Notes: generated by a model not told the origin, from the sequence alone. DNA of 64,000 nt from Macrostomum lignano (GCA_002269645.1 NIVC01002604.1:93381-157380); one strand, 5' to 3'; shown: positions 26,412-39,232, numbered from the stretch's first letter. A program made the numbers and translations.

Positions 26412-26686
26412 TAATAAAGGAAATTGACTAGATTCATATAACACTTTCTGATCTTATTGCAATACATGGCTTAGGTATGCCAGATGCCTACCCTAATTGC
26501 GCCCCTATAGGCAAAACTTTCTTAGATAGGAAAATTTTCTAAAGTGCAACACGAGCATTAGGCATGTAGCGCCTGCACCTGCACACTGGTGGCTCCTGCT
26601 AGCTGCTGCACTAGCAAATAAATAGACATGGAAGGGGGTCTAATACCTTTGTGGAAGGGGCCTATACACTTGTAATTTATCATGCT

Positions 26687-26999
26687 TAGAGATGTTCCAA
26701 AATTTCAATTTTGATTTTCCTAAATTTTGAATTTTTAGGAACAAATTTTGATTTTAAAAAATTCAAAAGTCAAAATTTTGGAGGTGTCTAAAAAAGTGGC
26801 TAACAATAAACTAATTTCTGCTATCTATACATGTATTTTGTTTTGCATAAGCAGTAAATCAAAAGTAAAAAAGTCAATGTTGGTCATACTAAACTTTGTT
26901 TTTCTGAAATTGATTTCAGAAAATTTCAATTTCAATTTTGGAAAGTTAGCAAATTTTGATTTTAACAGAAAAATATAATGCTCTTTTGGAACATCTCTA
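26687..26999. mobile_element. hAT-type MITE (313 bp)
   Basis: Perfect 16-bp TIR TAGAGATGTTCCAAAA; flanks ATCATGCT / ATAATCCT match 6 of 8 (decayed 8-bp TSD). Confidence 0.75.
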
Positions 27000-27122
27000 A
27001 TAATCCTCAAGTACAATAAAATAATTTGACTCTTTTGAAGCGCGCATCTATAGGTTTTCAACATTTATTCCAATAGGGATTGTGCCACGATAGTATGATG
27101 GACAGGAGGAGCAATTCACTCT

Positions 27123-27312
27123 TCTTAGCCTCCCATTGCCTCCACTGCTTTGCCATGCTGCGCCACACCCAGTGTTGGCCAAAATATTCAAAAAAGTATT
27201 GGTGAAAACCTCCCATTCTTAGCCTTCTTAGCCTCCCATTGCCTCCACTGCTTTGCCACGCTGCGCCACACCCAGTGTTGGCCAAAATATTCAAAAAAGT
27301 ATTGGTGAAAAC
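27123..27312. repeat. Near-identical tandem duplication, about 103-bp period
   Basis: CTTAGCCTCCCATTGCC...GTATTGGTGAAAACC twice, with one CpG/TpG difference in the core. Confidence 0.9.
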
Positions 27313-29267
27313 CAATACTCTGATACTCTTTCTGAAAAAAGTATTGCCAATACCTGAAAGTTCAATACCAAAATTTGAGTATTAACAATACCTTAATTCC
27401 AATACTTTATTCCAATACCCAGTTTTTGTGATTATGACTGTGGTCATAGTCAATCCCTAGTCATAGCCAAATATATAAATTGGCCCTACTAAGTCCAAGT
27501 GGCCATTTGAGTTATTTTTCATGTCTGTCTAACACTATTGCAGCATTGAATTGTCTACATTGGCATTGCAAGTCATTGGACAGACAAGCACAATGGCAAA
27601 CTTTATTTTTCTACCATCATCCAAGCTATTCAATTCATCAAATAATTCTCAAGACTCAAGCAAGCAGTAGGCAGTCTGGTCAAGTAGATTTGATGATTCA
27701 ATTGTAGCATCTAGAGTCTCAGAAAAACAAAATTTCAAGCTGCTTTCCTACATAGGAGGCAGAAAGCTAGCCAAGATCATAAGAGAAGTGCAAGCCAATT
27801 AGGGTTTGAAAAAGTTGTTATTTGTTTTAGAGCAAAATCCTACTAACAGTGCTAAGAGATGTATTAAGAGAGTTAAGAGTTAGAAAAGTCTATGCAAAGA
27901 TATATCAAGAGTAGTAGCATAACCTCTAATCTCAGTAATATCTAGATTAGAAACTAGTACTTATAAAAAACTGCTTAGGTCATAAGACTATGGGGTTGTA
28001 CTACAATATAAAGCTATTGTAGCGTAAGTTCAATTGTATGTCAGAACTTTACATTGCAGAGATAGGATCTAAGAATGATCTTATCTTACAATGGCTTTAT
28101 AGAATGGGCCCTATTACTATAATATATGGGACCATTATCAGAAATGTGATATAATTTAAATTATCAAATTCATAGAAACAAATGAACAATGGTTATTAAA
28201 AAAGCCCTATTATAACTTTAAGGATAGCTATGAAATTCTAAAGATAGGATAATATCCCTATTACAATTGGTGTTAAAAGTGGATATTTAAAAACTAAAAA
28301 GAACTATTATAACTAGTGGTATCCCATAGTCAAGAAGATGGCAGGTATACACCGGAATGATTTTTTGGGATAGCTAATTATATGCCAACAAATGTAAGTA
28401 TAGCCTGTCAAAATTTTCCTTAAAAAGTATTTCCTAAAAAGAAGTTGTTTAACTTAACAACTGTGTCTTAAAATTTTCTGAGTTATATTGTCTAGTACTA
28501 AAGATTCAGTTTTAGAGAAAAGGGTGCAAATAACTCTACTAGACAACCTTTTGGCACTCTGGGACTAGCGCCAATCACCTCAGGAGGCATAATTCCTACA
28601 GAGAGATAGAAAGACAGATAAAATACAATTTATTAATAAAATAGCGTAGCAAAATTGCAATGATAACTAATAAAATAAACTTAGCTGAATATACTAGATC
28701 ATATAAAGAAAAATGAAAATAAACATTTATTTAAAAAATATATATTGGCCCTAGTCTCTTTTAAAAAACAAATGATTTATTTATTGTATTCCATAGTAAT
28801 TGACTTTTAGTTTAAGAAGTTTTGTAATAATAAACAATGTTTTCAAAATTATTCAAACAAAATAATAACATTTTCAACTTTTTATATTACTAGGCCTATT
28901 CTTACTTTTATGTTAAAATTATATTTGGTTAAAATTATACTACATATAAAGCACGTAAGTGTGAAGTAAAAATTTATACTCATATCACTAGTATATATAC
29001 CATGCTAAGTTTGTTACCCATACTTTTATTATATGTTAGACTATATACCAAGCCAAGTATAACATAGCAAATGTACACCAAAGAAATCTATTGTAGGCCT
29101 ATAGGCCACTTTGCTGACTATAGGTGGCATCAGTGAATTTATAGAAAGAAAACTTACCCCTATTACAAAGTAAAACAATAAAACCCTTATTATAACTTAG
29201 TATCACTTAATACTTATCAGCTTTGAAATAGAAGTATTAGTACTATTACAACATTGATAATATAAAG

Positions 29268-29379
29268 GGCTATCCTGTAGTTTCGCACGTTAAATTATTT
29301 TACGGAATTATTTCGCCCTCTATTCAAGGGTGGTGGGGGGTGGGGGTAATAATTTAACGTGCGAAACTACAGGATAGCC
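29268..29379. mobile_element. PIF/Harbinger-like MITE (112 bp)
   Basis: Perfect 32-bp TIR GGCTATCCTGTAGTTTCGCACGTTAAATTATT; 3-bp TSD AAG. Confidence 0.75.
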
Positions 29380-31541
29380 AAGTAAAGAATTTAATAAGGG
29401 CCTAAATATGTAGTAAACCATTAGCACAACATCAGTGACTATAATGCAATTATTATAAAAGACAAAGTAAAGCCCTATGGGGCCTAGCCGCCTAGGTATA
29501 GGCCTAGTATAGGTTATAGGACAAAAGCTATATTTTAATTTAAAATAAATAAAATGATGAAGTCAGAGAAAAAAGGCACTTTATTAGGCCTAAAAAATTC
29601 TAAATTAAATTTGCAGTTTTCCCATATAAGTTTCGACGCTGACTTGGCAGTATTGTAGGAGTTCACTTGCTACATACAGACAGACAGACAGACAAACATT
29701 GCACCACTTTTAGTATAAGGATATATTCTTAAATGTAGCCGTACTTCTTCCATGATTAACTTTCTTGAGTACTACTAACTTACTACTAGTACTAACTAGG
29801 CTAATGTCAAGGACTCACTTTTATTGCTAACCTAAATCCAGTCAAGAAAATAGTCAAGACAAGAGTCAGATGTCAGACAAGTCAACTATCACTACTCTTC
29901 ACTAGGCCTATCACGAATTAAAGCACAATAACTTTGCCATAGGACTAAAAGCACGAAGAAGCATTATCTTAATAATAAAGGCTAAACTTTAAGATAAAAA
30001 CATGCAGTTAAGTGAATCAGAAGCCCAGCACACAAATTGGAAACAAAAAAGAAAGTTGATAATTAAAAATTAAACAACTTTCTGGTTTGTCTCAACTCGA
30101 ATTACGAGGCAAATTCATCCCGCCAGGCCAATCTGGTATTGGAATTGGAACTGGAACTGACTGGAGTCATCCTAGCCAACCCGACACGACAACAAAAAAC
30201 TTTTTGCTTCTTTCAATTTTGTAAATACGTGCGCGCCCCCGTGATCAGTTGAAAACACACTCCAGTCAGTTTATTTAAAATTAGCATTCAATTTTTGTAA
30301 CAACTGAACAAAACAAAGTGAAAAAGTTTTTAGATGCTGAAAAAGGATCTAATAATCTTTTTAAGATAAATACTTTAAGGATTTTTTACTTTTAGACATT
30401 GAGCTTGCATGCTTTTCAAGGTTTCGCCCGAACAGAAAGCATTAACACTTATTATTGTTATTATTATTAAACAGACGCTGGCTCAGGGGTCAGCGAAGCA
30501 CCCGTTGGTGGAAAACAAGCTGAGTCCAGCCTAGCTGCAGACTGAGGGGTAAGGCCCAGAGCCTGCAAGTCAGTGAGAAAGGTGTCAGTCAGAGTGGTGC
30601 AGCGCGCCCCGGCGGAGTCAAATTAAAAGTACAATTGCTCGTAAAAGTACAAGTATTCATACAGTGTAATCGCAAGACTACCCAGTCGCAATTCGGCTTT
30701 ATTATCAAGCCTAAAAACATCAATCCAAACGCCTTTAAACATGTCAAAAAGCATATCTAAATATATGTGCTAAGCAGTAAGGATGACTTTTTTACTAAAG
30801 CATTTTGTCGTACACATGCACAAGCAATTGTTGCATGCAAATGTACAGTACAAATGTAGTAGTATATTTACATACGTATATTTGCATACGTACATACGTA
30901 CAGGTACATTGTAGGTATACTGCCGTCTAGATTTAGTTTACTGGCTTGTATGAGTCCCCATGGGCTTTTAATTGTTCCCATCTAGACCAAAGACTAAGAT
31001 CCTCGAAAACATAAAGGATTCCATTCGAATTTGAGGATATGGTAGCGATTAAAGGAATCTAATGAAGTCTCAATCAGCAAAATGGGCCTTCTCAAAATCT
31101 CGTTTCGGCTACAGGCTACAGTCGATCTCGACTTCGCAAACAAAAGAGTGAAGCAAGATATAGTGCTCGGTCATGGATTTTAAGACAATTTCATTTAGTA
31201 CATTATACTAGAATTCGGGAATCGGGAAGGAATTTACATGTAATTTTATGTGCACAGAATTTAAATTTCCCCAATAAAGAAATTAAGCTAAGTGCTGTTT
31301 GCGAGGAAGTTTTAGAAGGTCGCCGGTCAGATACAATAACAGTCCGGACTTCCGTAATACACATGTACAGTAGTTCACGGGGTTGAAACGTAGAGTGGCT
31401 ATAATTGATATAGCTTGACTTTTTTCTAGCGCAGTGAATCAGCAATGGAAGTCAGTTCCGCTGGCGCCTGTCAATCTTGAAAAGGGTCAATAGATGGCGC
31501 TGCAGTTCAAACGGTTGACAGGGGATCAGATTCGCCCTTAC

Positions 31542-31581
31542 CATGTCCGGGCTCTGATGCAGGCCATGCACGCTGCTCCAT
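31542..31581 (-). CDS. MAP2K4: Probable first coding exon of MAP2K4 (MEQRAWPASEPGH)
   Basis: gccaagATGG start context; GTAAGG donor at 31541, phase 1, matching the phase-1 ttccag acceptor at 18763-18762. I saw no competing coding exon in between. Confidence 0.5.
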
Positions 31582-31850
31582 CTTGGCCGTCAAGCGCTTG
31601 ACGAACACGCGAATCGGTTGTCGCCGCCAAGGTCCGAGGTGTTTAGCACTTCATTGATTTAGTCGTGATTGCTCTTCTACATGTATAGCATGTCGACTAC
31701 AGCCTTCTACTATAAGCTGGTGTAGTTTGAAGGCGTGTCAATTGCACGATTATTTCTGTCCGGCCGGTGTAAACTCTTATGAATAGGCAGAAAAAGTGCA
31801 AAGCGCCAAAAGTACTTGATTTACTTAAAAAGAAAGTCGCTTGGACTGAT

Positions 31851-32335
31851 GCGGGTCACTGAGAGTCACTTGCATCAATTTGCGGGTCACTGAGAGTCAC
31901 TTGGATTGATGCGGGTCATTGATAGTCACTTGGATCAATTTGCAGGTCACTGAGAGTCACTTGGATCAATTTGCAGGTCACTGAGAGTCACTTGGATCAA
32001 TTTGCAGGTCATTGAGAGACACTTGGATGGATGCGGGTCACTGAGAGTCACTTGAATCAATTTGCGGGTCACTGAGAGTCACTTGAATCAATTTGCGGGT
32101 CACTGTGAGTCACTTGAATCAATTTGCGGGTCACTGAGAGTCACATGGATCAATTTGCGGGTCACTGAGAGTCACTTGGATCGATGCGGGTCATTGAGAG
32201 TCACTTGGATCAATGCGGGTCACTGTGAGTCACTTGGATCAATGCGGGTCATTGAGAGTCACTTGGATCAATTTGCGGGTCACTGAGAGTCACTTGGATC
32301 AATTTGCGGGTCACTGAGTGTCACTTGGATCAATT
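31851..32335. repeat. 29-31-bp minisatellite
   Basis: GCGGGTCACTGAGAGTCACTTGGATCAATTT, about 16 copies. Confidence 0.95.
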
Positions 32336-32639
32336 TTTTACAGTCCATCTCTGTAGTAGAGACGAAAGTGAAGGTCTTTACGCCAATACTACTAACAAAG
32401 CTAGTAAAGTTTATACAAATAAAAAGTAGTACTACAAACTTTTTCAAACGTTCCAAAAAGTTCATTTATTAGCTGAAATTTCTTTTAAAATCTTATTTAG
32501 ATTTTTTTACTCGGGATCTTTCGATCGAATGTCAAGAAGTATTTATTGCCATGTAATTTTGTTTAATCGCTGCTCCCAGATTTGCTTCCGTTGCCATAAT
32601 GTTCTGCCCGCATTATGTATTTACCTGTGCTGTGCAATA

Positions 32640-33000
32640 GGGGGGGGGCAGAAGGGGCAAAGTGGCAGAGGGGGCAGAGGGGCGGAGGGGCAGAGGGGGC
32701 AGAGGGCCAGAGGGACAGAGGGGGCAGAGGGGCAGAGGGGACAGAGGACCAGAGGGGGCAGAGGGGACAGAGGGCCAGAGGGGGGCAGAGGAGAGAATCT
32801 ATAGACAGTTACGCAGACGCATCTGGAGGGAATCTATAGACAGGGCGGAGGGGGCAGAGGGCCAGAGGCGGGAGGTTGCAGAGGGGCAGAAGAGAGGCAG
32901 AGGGGGGCAGAAGAGAGGCACAGGTGGCAGAAGAGAGGCAGAGGGGGCAGAAGAGAGGCAGAGGGGGGAGAAGAGAGATAGAGGGGACAGAAGGACAGTA
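32640..33000. repeat. Purine-rich GGGGGCAGA(G)-type repeat
   Basis: Visible G/A-rich iteration; source of spurious Gly/Arg ORFs. Confidence 0.85.
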
Positions 33001-33923
33001 GGACAAGAGGGATATCATTTGTGCGCATATTAATGATATCATATGTGTAAAGCACTTTAACTAAAGCACTTCACTCAAAGCTAATGGAGGCTCCATCTCA
33101 TTGTCAATATTGTCAACATTGGCAAAAATATCAGCCGGCAGAAGTCTGCGATATTTTCGAATTGAATCGCGAGGCCGGACAGGTGGGCGAACGCCCTGCT
33201 GTGAGAGCGCGCATTTTTTAGATTGTTTTTGTCAGCCAAACTTTTTTAATTATGCAAATGCAGAATATTTTAACGCTTGATCAACCCTCCGATGCCCCCC
33301 TCTGCGTACGCGCCTCATCTGATGCAGATTAAGGTACAATTAAAAGCCTATAAAAACACGATTAGTTCCCTGCTAAAGGTAATGCATAATAACAACACGT
33401 ATTAGCATACGAGACCAAATAATTGTTGAAAAGATCCTTGATACCAGATTTAAGAATAGCAGCTGCAGATGTCTGAAACAAAGGTAAACAAATGGCGCTA
33501 ATGGCAGGCCTACCTGTACAAGGTAGGGTCGTACTATATAGGGGACTTAGAGCCTATTGACTTGGGAAACTCTTATACAATACAAACTCGGGCTAGATAA
33601 CAATACAGGCGTGACACATGTTGTGAAAAGTCTCAATAAAGTTTTAGCGGCCAGCTCGAATACAATCTATAGGTCAATGCCGATACCGAAGGCTCTGGTT
33701 GAGCGATTCTCACCTAGCTATAGCTATAAATGGGGAAATCTGTTGATTGCATTTGGCTTCCTGTACAGGCAGGCCATTGTCGCCACCAACACTACAGCCT
33801 ATCGCTCTAAAATGCATTTTAGGGCTGAATTTTGATTGCGCAATATGCTGTCAGGCTCTGTGAGAAGAGAAAACCTTAGGGAATCAGCGATAAAATGTGA
33901 GTGAGAAGACTGAGACCAGTATA

Positions 33924-34001
33924 GACGTTAGAACGTTTTAAAAAGTGGGGGGGGGGCATGCCCCCCCCCCCACCTGGCCCCCTCCCGTTCCGACGCTTAT
34001 G
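33924..34001. mobile_element. Tiny MITE-like inverted-repeat element
   Basis: TATAGACGTTAGAACG versus CGTTCCGACGCTTATG imperfect TIR around a G-run/C-run hairpin. Confidence 0.45.
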
Positions 34002-34794
34002 GAGACAAAAGCAGAGAATGTTTATACTCATTCCCATCGAGAAATTCTGTCAGCACTAAGATAACATCAAAGTTATCCAATTTTAAGCGTTGCTATGGTC
34101 AGTGTTTACAACACTAAATTAATTAATGTCATAGATTTCCCATTTCAACTATGAGTTGTAAGGGGACAGCCAAAGTTGAACCATGTTCGTGCACATTGTA
34201 CATGCAATTCGTTCAGCACTTGAGTTGAAGAAGTCTTATTGAAGAAGCCAGCAGCTAAATGGAACAGAAATGCGGGTCACTAGTGGAAAAGATGGCCTTC
34301 TTGTAAATGCTGGACCCCTCCCTAGAGATCACTCCCTAGGGGCTTGTCCATGCCTAGACATTACCTGCTAGTCCAGGCGGAATACATAGGGCTCTGAGCA
34401 TGCGATGGGCTATAAATTGACGATATATTTAGAGGTACAAGGAGACCAAATCAAGCAATTATAACTCTAACTTAATTACTGTACCTGTGCCTCCCGGTCC
34501 ACTAGAGAACAATTAAATATGAAATTCATCCCCATCTCATCACCCTCGAGCACCCAGAGACAAATTTTGACTGAACCGTTCCGTGTTCGAATAGTCACGA
34601 ATAGCCATCTTTCACAGAAGATAATAATCTTCTTTCACTGCAACTCTGGCACGGGTCAGTGAACTGATGGCTGCAATTCTGCAGTGGAAAGGCTTGGCAC
34701 AGTGCCAAATATTCCTAGATAAAAAAAGCATAGCTTACTTTAAACATAATAAGGTGCAGACAGTGAGGCTGCATATGACAGCTGAAAATAGGAC

Positions 34795-35480
34795 CCCCAC
34801 CCTCCGATGCTTCAGTGACGCTGCAAGCCCCACCCTCCGATGCTTCAGTGGCGCTGCAAGCCCCACCCTCCGATGCTTCAGTGGCGCTGCAAGCCCCACC
34901 CTCCGATGCTTCAGTGGCGCTGCAAGCCCCACCCTCCGATGCTTCAGTGGCGCTGCAAGCCCCACCCTCCGATGCTTCAGTGGCGCTGCAAGCCCCACCC
35001 TCCGATGCTTCAGTGGCGCTGCAAGCCCCACCCTCCGATGCTTCAGTGGCGCTGCAAGCCCCACCCTCCGATGCTTCAGTGGCGCTGCAAGCCCCACCCT
35101 CCGATGCTTCAGTGGCGCTGCAAGCCCCACCCTCCGATGCTTCAGTGGCGCTGCAAGCCCCACCCTCCGATGCTTCAGTGGCGGCCTCTATAGCTCCATC
35201 CTCCGATGCTTCAGTGGCGGCCTCTATAGCCCTACCCTCCGATGCTTCAGTGGCGCTGCAAGCCCCACCCTCCGATGCTTCAGTGGCGGCCTCTAACCCC
35301 ACCCTCCGATGCTTCAGTGGCGCTGCAAGCCCCACCCTCCGATGCTTCAGTGGCGCTGCAAGCCTCACCCTCCGATGCTTCAGTGGCGCTGCAAGCCTCA
35401 CCCTCCGATGCTTCAGTGGCGCTGCAAGCCTCACCCTCCGATGCTTCAGTGGCGGCCTCTATAGCCCCACCCTTGGATGC
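34795..35480. repeat. 33-bp minisatellite
   Basis: CCCCACCCTCCGATGCTTCAGTGGCGCTGCAAG, about 21 copies; the unit is a multiple of 3, hence ORFs in several frames. Confidence 0.95.
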
Positions 35481-36639
35481 TTCAGTGACTCTGCAAACTA
35501 CCAAAAGTTTAAAATTTCAAGTCCTTACTCAATGCTCATAAGATAAAACGATAAGAAAAATGCAAGTAACAATGTGGCAGATTAAAAAGAAGACAATTTT
35601 GCACGAGAGAAATTTTCAGTTGAATACTATCAATACAGTCAGGAAGCAGAGACTGTCATACAGACTAAAGTCTTTGTTGCTCCAACTAACGTGTAAACAA
35701 AGAGCGAAGCCAACAAGAGATTGACAATCCGGCGCATAAAGATTGTGCAATGTGCAAATCTTTATCTGCAACGGTGGCGTCACAGTCAGGGCAGTGAATA
35801 GAATGTGATTCGGGCGGATAAATCAACACTGACAGCCTCTGGCGGCACCATATTCCAGCTTTCAATATGTTGATCTAGTCGATCCGTCGATATGTTGATC
35901 CGTAGCTAAGCTACGGATAAGCCAGGTGTAGCCACGGTCTTTGTTCCGCCTATACAAGCGAGTTCAAACATGCTTTGATAAATTCAATGAGACACGCTGT
36001 TGCTAAATACTCTCTATATTGCTGCTTTCGTTGCTAAGGCTGCATGGATGGACCCACCGCACGGCGGAAGTAGAGATTGGCCAAGCAAGACTCTGCAACT
36101 AAACACTTCTTCGCTACTGTGTCCGGATCACCTGCCTGCTTGACTCTATGGCTCCAGAGTATAAGACTCAAAGGTTGGTCACTCATTGTCAGCTAATTCA
36201 GCGAGCAATATGATACCTGCTCGGATAGCAACTGCGTCAAAACTGTTAGCCAAAATTTCAACGTCCTTTATTAAAGAATTAGATCGCGTATATTTATCCC
36301 ATTATCGACGGGAGCAATCTTCCAGTCTCCGTTTCCTATGGCAATGGTTCTCACAGGCAGCCCTTATTAGGAGATTGGATTCTCATTAGCTCAGCGGGAA
36401 AATCTTTCAAATGGTCCCTTTACCGTCTCAAAATCTTCTCGGCTGAGCGACTTTCTATGCATTCCCGTTGCAGACACCTGACCCGTACCGGCGTTCTTTT
36501 CTATCTCACCTGTTTCGCATGACCAGCTAAAAAAATTCAAACGGAGAAAGAATTAATAATATAGTGAAATTCGAGCAGCCGGTAATTCATCAGTTCGATT
36601 GTTGGAATTGTTGTTCGAATAGTCAAGTGAGCAACTTTT

Positions 36640-37425
36640 TTATTGGAGTTGCTATGAGAGAGAGAGAGATCAGAATAGAGAGAGGGGAGGTGTGGGGGAG
36701 AGAGGAAGGGGTAGGGAGGACGGCAAAAGAGAGATAGACTATAGTAGACCAAAGAGAAATAGGAAGAGGAGAGAGGGAAGGGGAGATGAGATAGAAGAGA
36801 GAGCCGAGATTCCGGGAAAGTGATTCCGGGAAAGAGAGTTGAGATTCAGGGAAAGAGAGGAGAGATTCCGGGAAAGAGAGGTGAGATTCAGGGAAGAGAG
36901 GAGAGATTCCGGGAAAGTGATTCCGGGAAAGAGAGGTGAGATTCAGGGAAAGAGAGGAGAGATTCCGGGAAAGAGAGGTGAGATTCAGGGAAGAGAGGAG
37001 AGATTCCGGGAAAGTGATTCCGGGAAAGAGAGGTGAGATTCAGGGAAAGAGAGGAGAGATTCCGGGAAAGAGAGGTGGGATTCAGGGAAGAGAGGAGAGA
37101 TTCCGGGAAAGAGAGGAGATGTTCAGGTAAAGAGAAATGAGATTCAGGGTAAGAGAGGTGAAATTCAGGGAAAGAGAGGAGAGGTTCGGGGTAAAGAGAG
37201 GAGAAGTTCAAGGAAAGAGAGGAGAGGTTCAGGGTAAGAGAGGTGAGATTCAGGGAAAGAGAGGAGAGGTTCAGGTAAAGAGAGGTGAGATTCAGGGAAA
37301 GAGAGGAGAGGTTCAGGGTAAAGGGAGGAGAGGTTCAGGGAAAGAGAGGAGAGGTTCAGGTAAAGAGAGGAGAGGTTCAGGTAAAGAGAGGAGAGGTTCA
37401 GGGAGAAAGAGAGAGAAGGACTTGA
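36640..37425. repeat. GA-rich minisatellite (about 21 bp, GAGAGGAGAGATTCCGGGAAA-like)
   Basis: Purine-rich array; CT-rich on the minus strand. Confidence 0.9.
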
Positions 37426-37577
37426 TGTTTCCCGATTAGCTATGAAAAGGAACACTCATGATACTCATCCATCACTGAGGGTGAGCAACCCAGAAGACTC
37501 AAATACCTTGTGTTTCTCTAGGACAGGCGCTGGTTGTTGAGATTCAGTGTTTCTCGTAGCTTGACCGCGTCTACTGA

Positions 37578-37745
37578 CCAATAGAAGGCGTTCCCCTGCT
37601 CTAACTGGTCCCAGCCAATGAGAGCGGGCGAACCAGCACTCCCCCACTCCCCCGTGGCAAGACCATAAATTATATTGCGCCACAGCACCAGTCCTGAACC
37701 AAGTCTTAAACAACAAATCAGCAAAGCAAGACAAGACTCTTTGAA
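37578..37745 (+). promoter_or_regulatory. Two CCAAT boxes and a CHR-like TTTGAA upstream of the RhoGAP
   Basis: CCAAT at 37578 and 37615; TTTGAA at 37740; ATG at 37810. Confidence 0.4.
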
Positions 37746-37809
37746 TCGCTTGAAAAAGTTTTAATTGTTCGAACAAAAACTTGTTTAGAAAAGCGGCCGG
37801 GTCAGACCG

Positions 37810-37890
37810 ATGACTCTCGTGTTTGAGGAAGACAAGAAGAATCCTTCTGCTACGGGCGCTGACGAGCATTCGATGCAACTGTCTGCTGAG
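37810..37890 (+). CDS. ARHGAP19: ARHGAP19-like RhoGAP, probable exon 1 of 9
   Basis: ATG...GAG|GTAAGT, 27 codons, phase 0 matching exon 2; CCAAT boxes upstream. Confidence 0.6.
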
Positions 37891-38091
37891 GTAAGTTTCA
37901 AGTGTTGCTTGCTTTTGTACAAGGCAAACAAATTTGACTTCTGCAACAGCCTCAATTCTTCCTAAGTCCTTCGATCTGTCGTCTTCAATTGCCGTTGAGC
38001 ACTATTGAGTACTATTTTACAGGGAGCAGTGGCCCCGATCATAATTCCAGGGGACAGCTGCACCCCTCTGCCCCCGTTTCGCGGGCGTTTG

Positions 38092-39188
38092 TTCTCTACT
38101 CATCTCTACTCATCTCTACTCATCTCTACTCATCTCTACTCATCTCTACTCATCTCTACTCATCTCTGCTCATCTCCACTCATCTCTACTCATCTCTACT
38201 CATCTCTACTCATCTCTGCTCATCTCCACTCATCTCTACTCATCTCACTCATCTCTACTCATCTCTAATTGTCTCTACTCATCTCTACTCATCTCTACTC
38301 ATTTCTACTCATCTCTAATTGTCTCTACTCATCTCTACTCATCTCTACTCATCTCTGCTCATCTCCACTCATCTCTACTCATCTCTACGCATCTCTAATT
38401 GTCTCTACTCATTTCTACTCATCTCTAATTATCTCTACTCATCTCTACTCATCTCTACTCATCTCTACTCATCTCTACTCATCTCTACTCATCTCTACTC
38501 ATCTCTGCTCATCTCCACTCATCTCTACTCATCTCTACTCATCTCTACTCATCTCTGCTCATCTCCACTCATCTCTACTCATCTCACTCATCTCTACTCA
38601 TCTCTAATTGTCTCTACTCATCTCTACTCATCTCTACTCATTTCTACTCATCTCTAATTGTCTCTACTCATCTCTACTCATCTCTACTCATCTCTGCTCA
38701 TCTCCACTCATCTCTACTCATCTCTACGCATCTCTAATTGTCTCTACTCATTTCTACTCATCTCTAATTGTCTCTACTCATTTCTACTCATCTCTAATTG
38801 TCTCTACTCATCTCTACTCATCTCTACTCATTTCTACTCATCTCTAATTGTCTCTACTCATCTCTACTCATCTCTACTCATCTCTACTCATCTCTACTCA
38901 TTTTTACTCATCTCTAATTATCTCTACTCATCTCTACTCATCTCTACTCATCTCTACGCATCTCTAATTGTCTCTACTCATTTCTACTCATCTCTAATTA
39001 TCTCTACTCATCTCTACTCATCTCTACTCATCTCTACGCATCTCTAATTGTCTCTACTCATTTCTACTCATCTCTACTCATTTCTACTCATCTCTAATTA
39101 TCTCTACTCATTTCTACTCATTTCTACTCATTTCTACTCACTTCTACTCACTTCTACTCACTTCTACTCACTTCTACTCATTCTACTC
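38092..39188. repeat. 10-bp minisatellite in RhoGAP intron 1
   Basis: (ATCTCTACTC)n with TCTAATTG variants. Confidence 0.95.
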
Positions 39189-39232
39189 CTCAATCACGTG
39201 ACCAGCATAGGCAGCCACCCCCGCTAATCCAG

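Larger units (their letters stand above)
33380..37510 (-). other. Candidate multi-exon gene with very short introns, divergent from ARHGAP19
   Basis: Non-repetitive CpG-containing sequence with several pyrimidine-tract AG acceptors and GT donors on the minus strand. 36-41-nt introns join open segments; no firm family assignment. Confidence 0.3.

Noticed and set aside
27074-27459. hAT MITE bounded by TAGGGATTG / CAATCCCTA
   Set aside because: Only a 9-bp match and no TSD; kept just the internal tandem duplication.
27700-28520. Hypermutated former ORF (GIP*SRRW could echo RT GxPQ)
   Set aside because: Stop density is compatible with random AT-rich DNA and no family could be supported.
34667-35546. 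Long ORFs in several frames (ASPTLRCFSG, ASEGGACSATE, etc.)
   Set aside because: Artefacts of a stop-free 33-bp unit.
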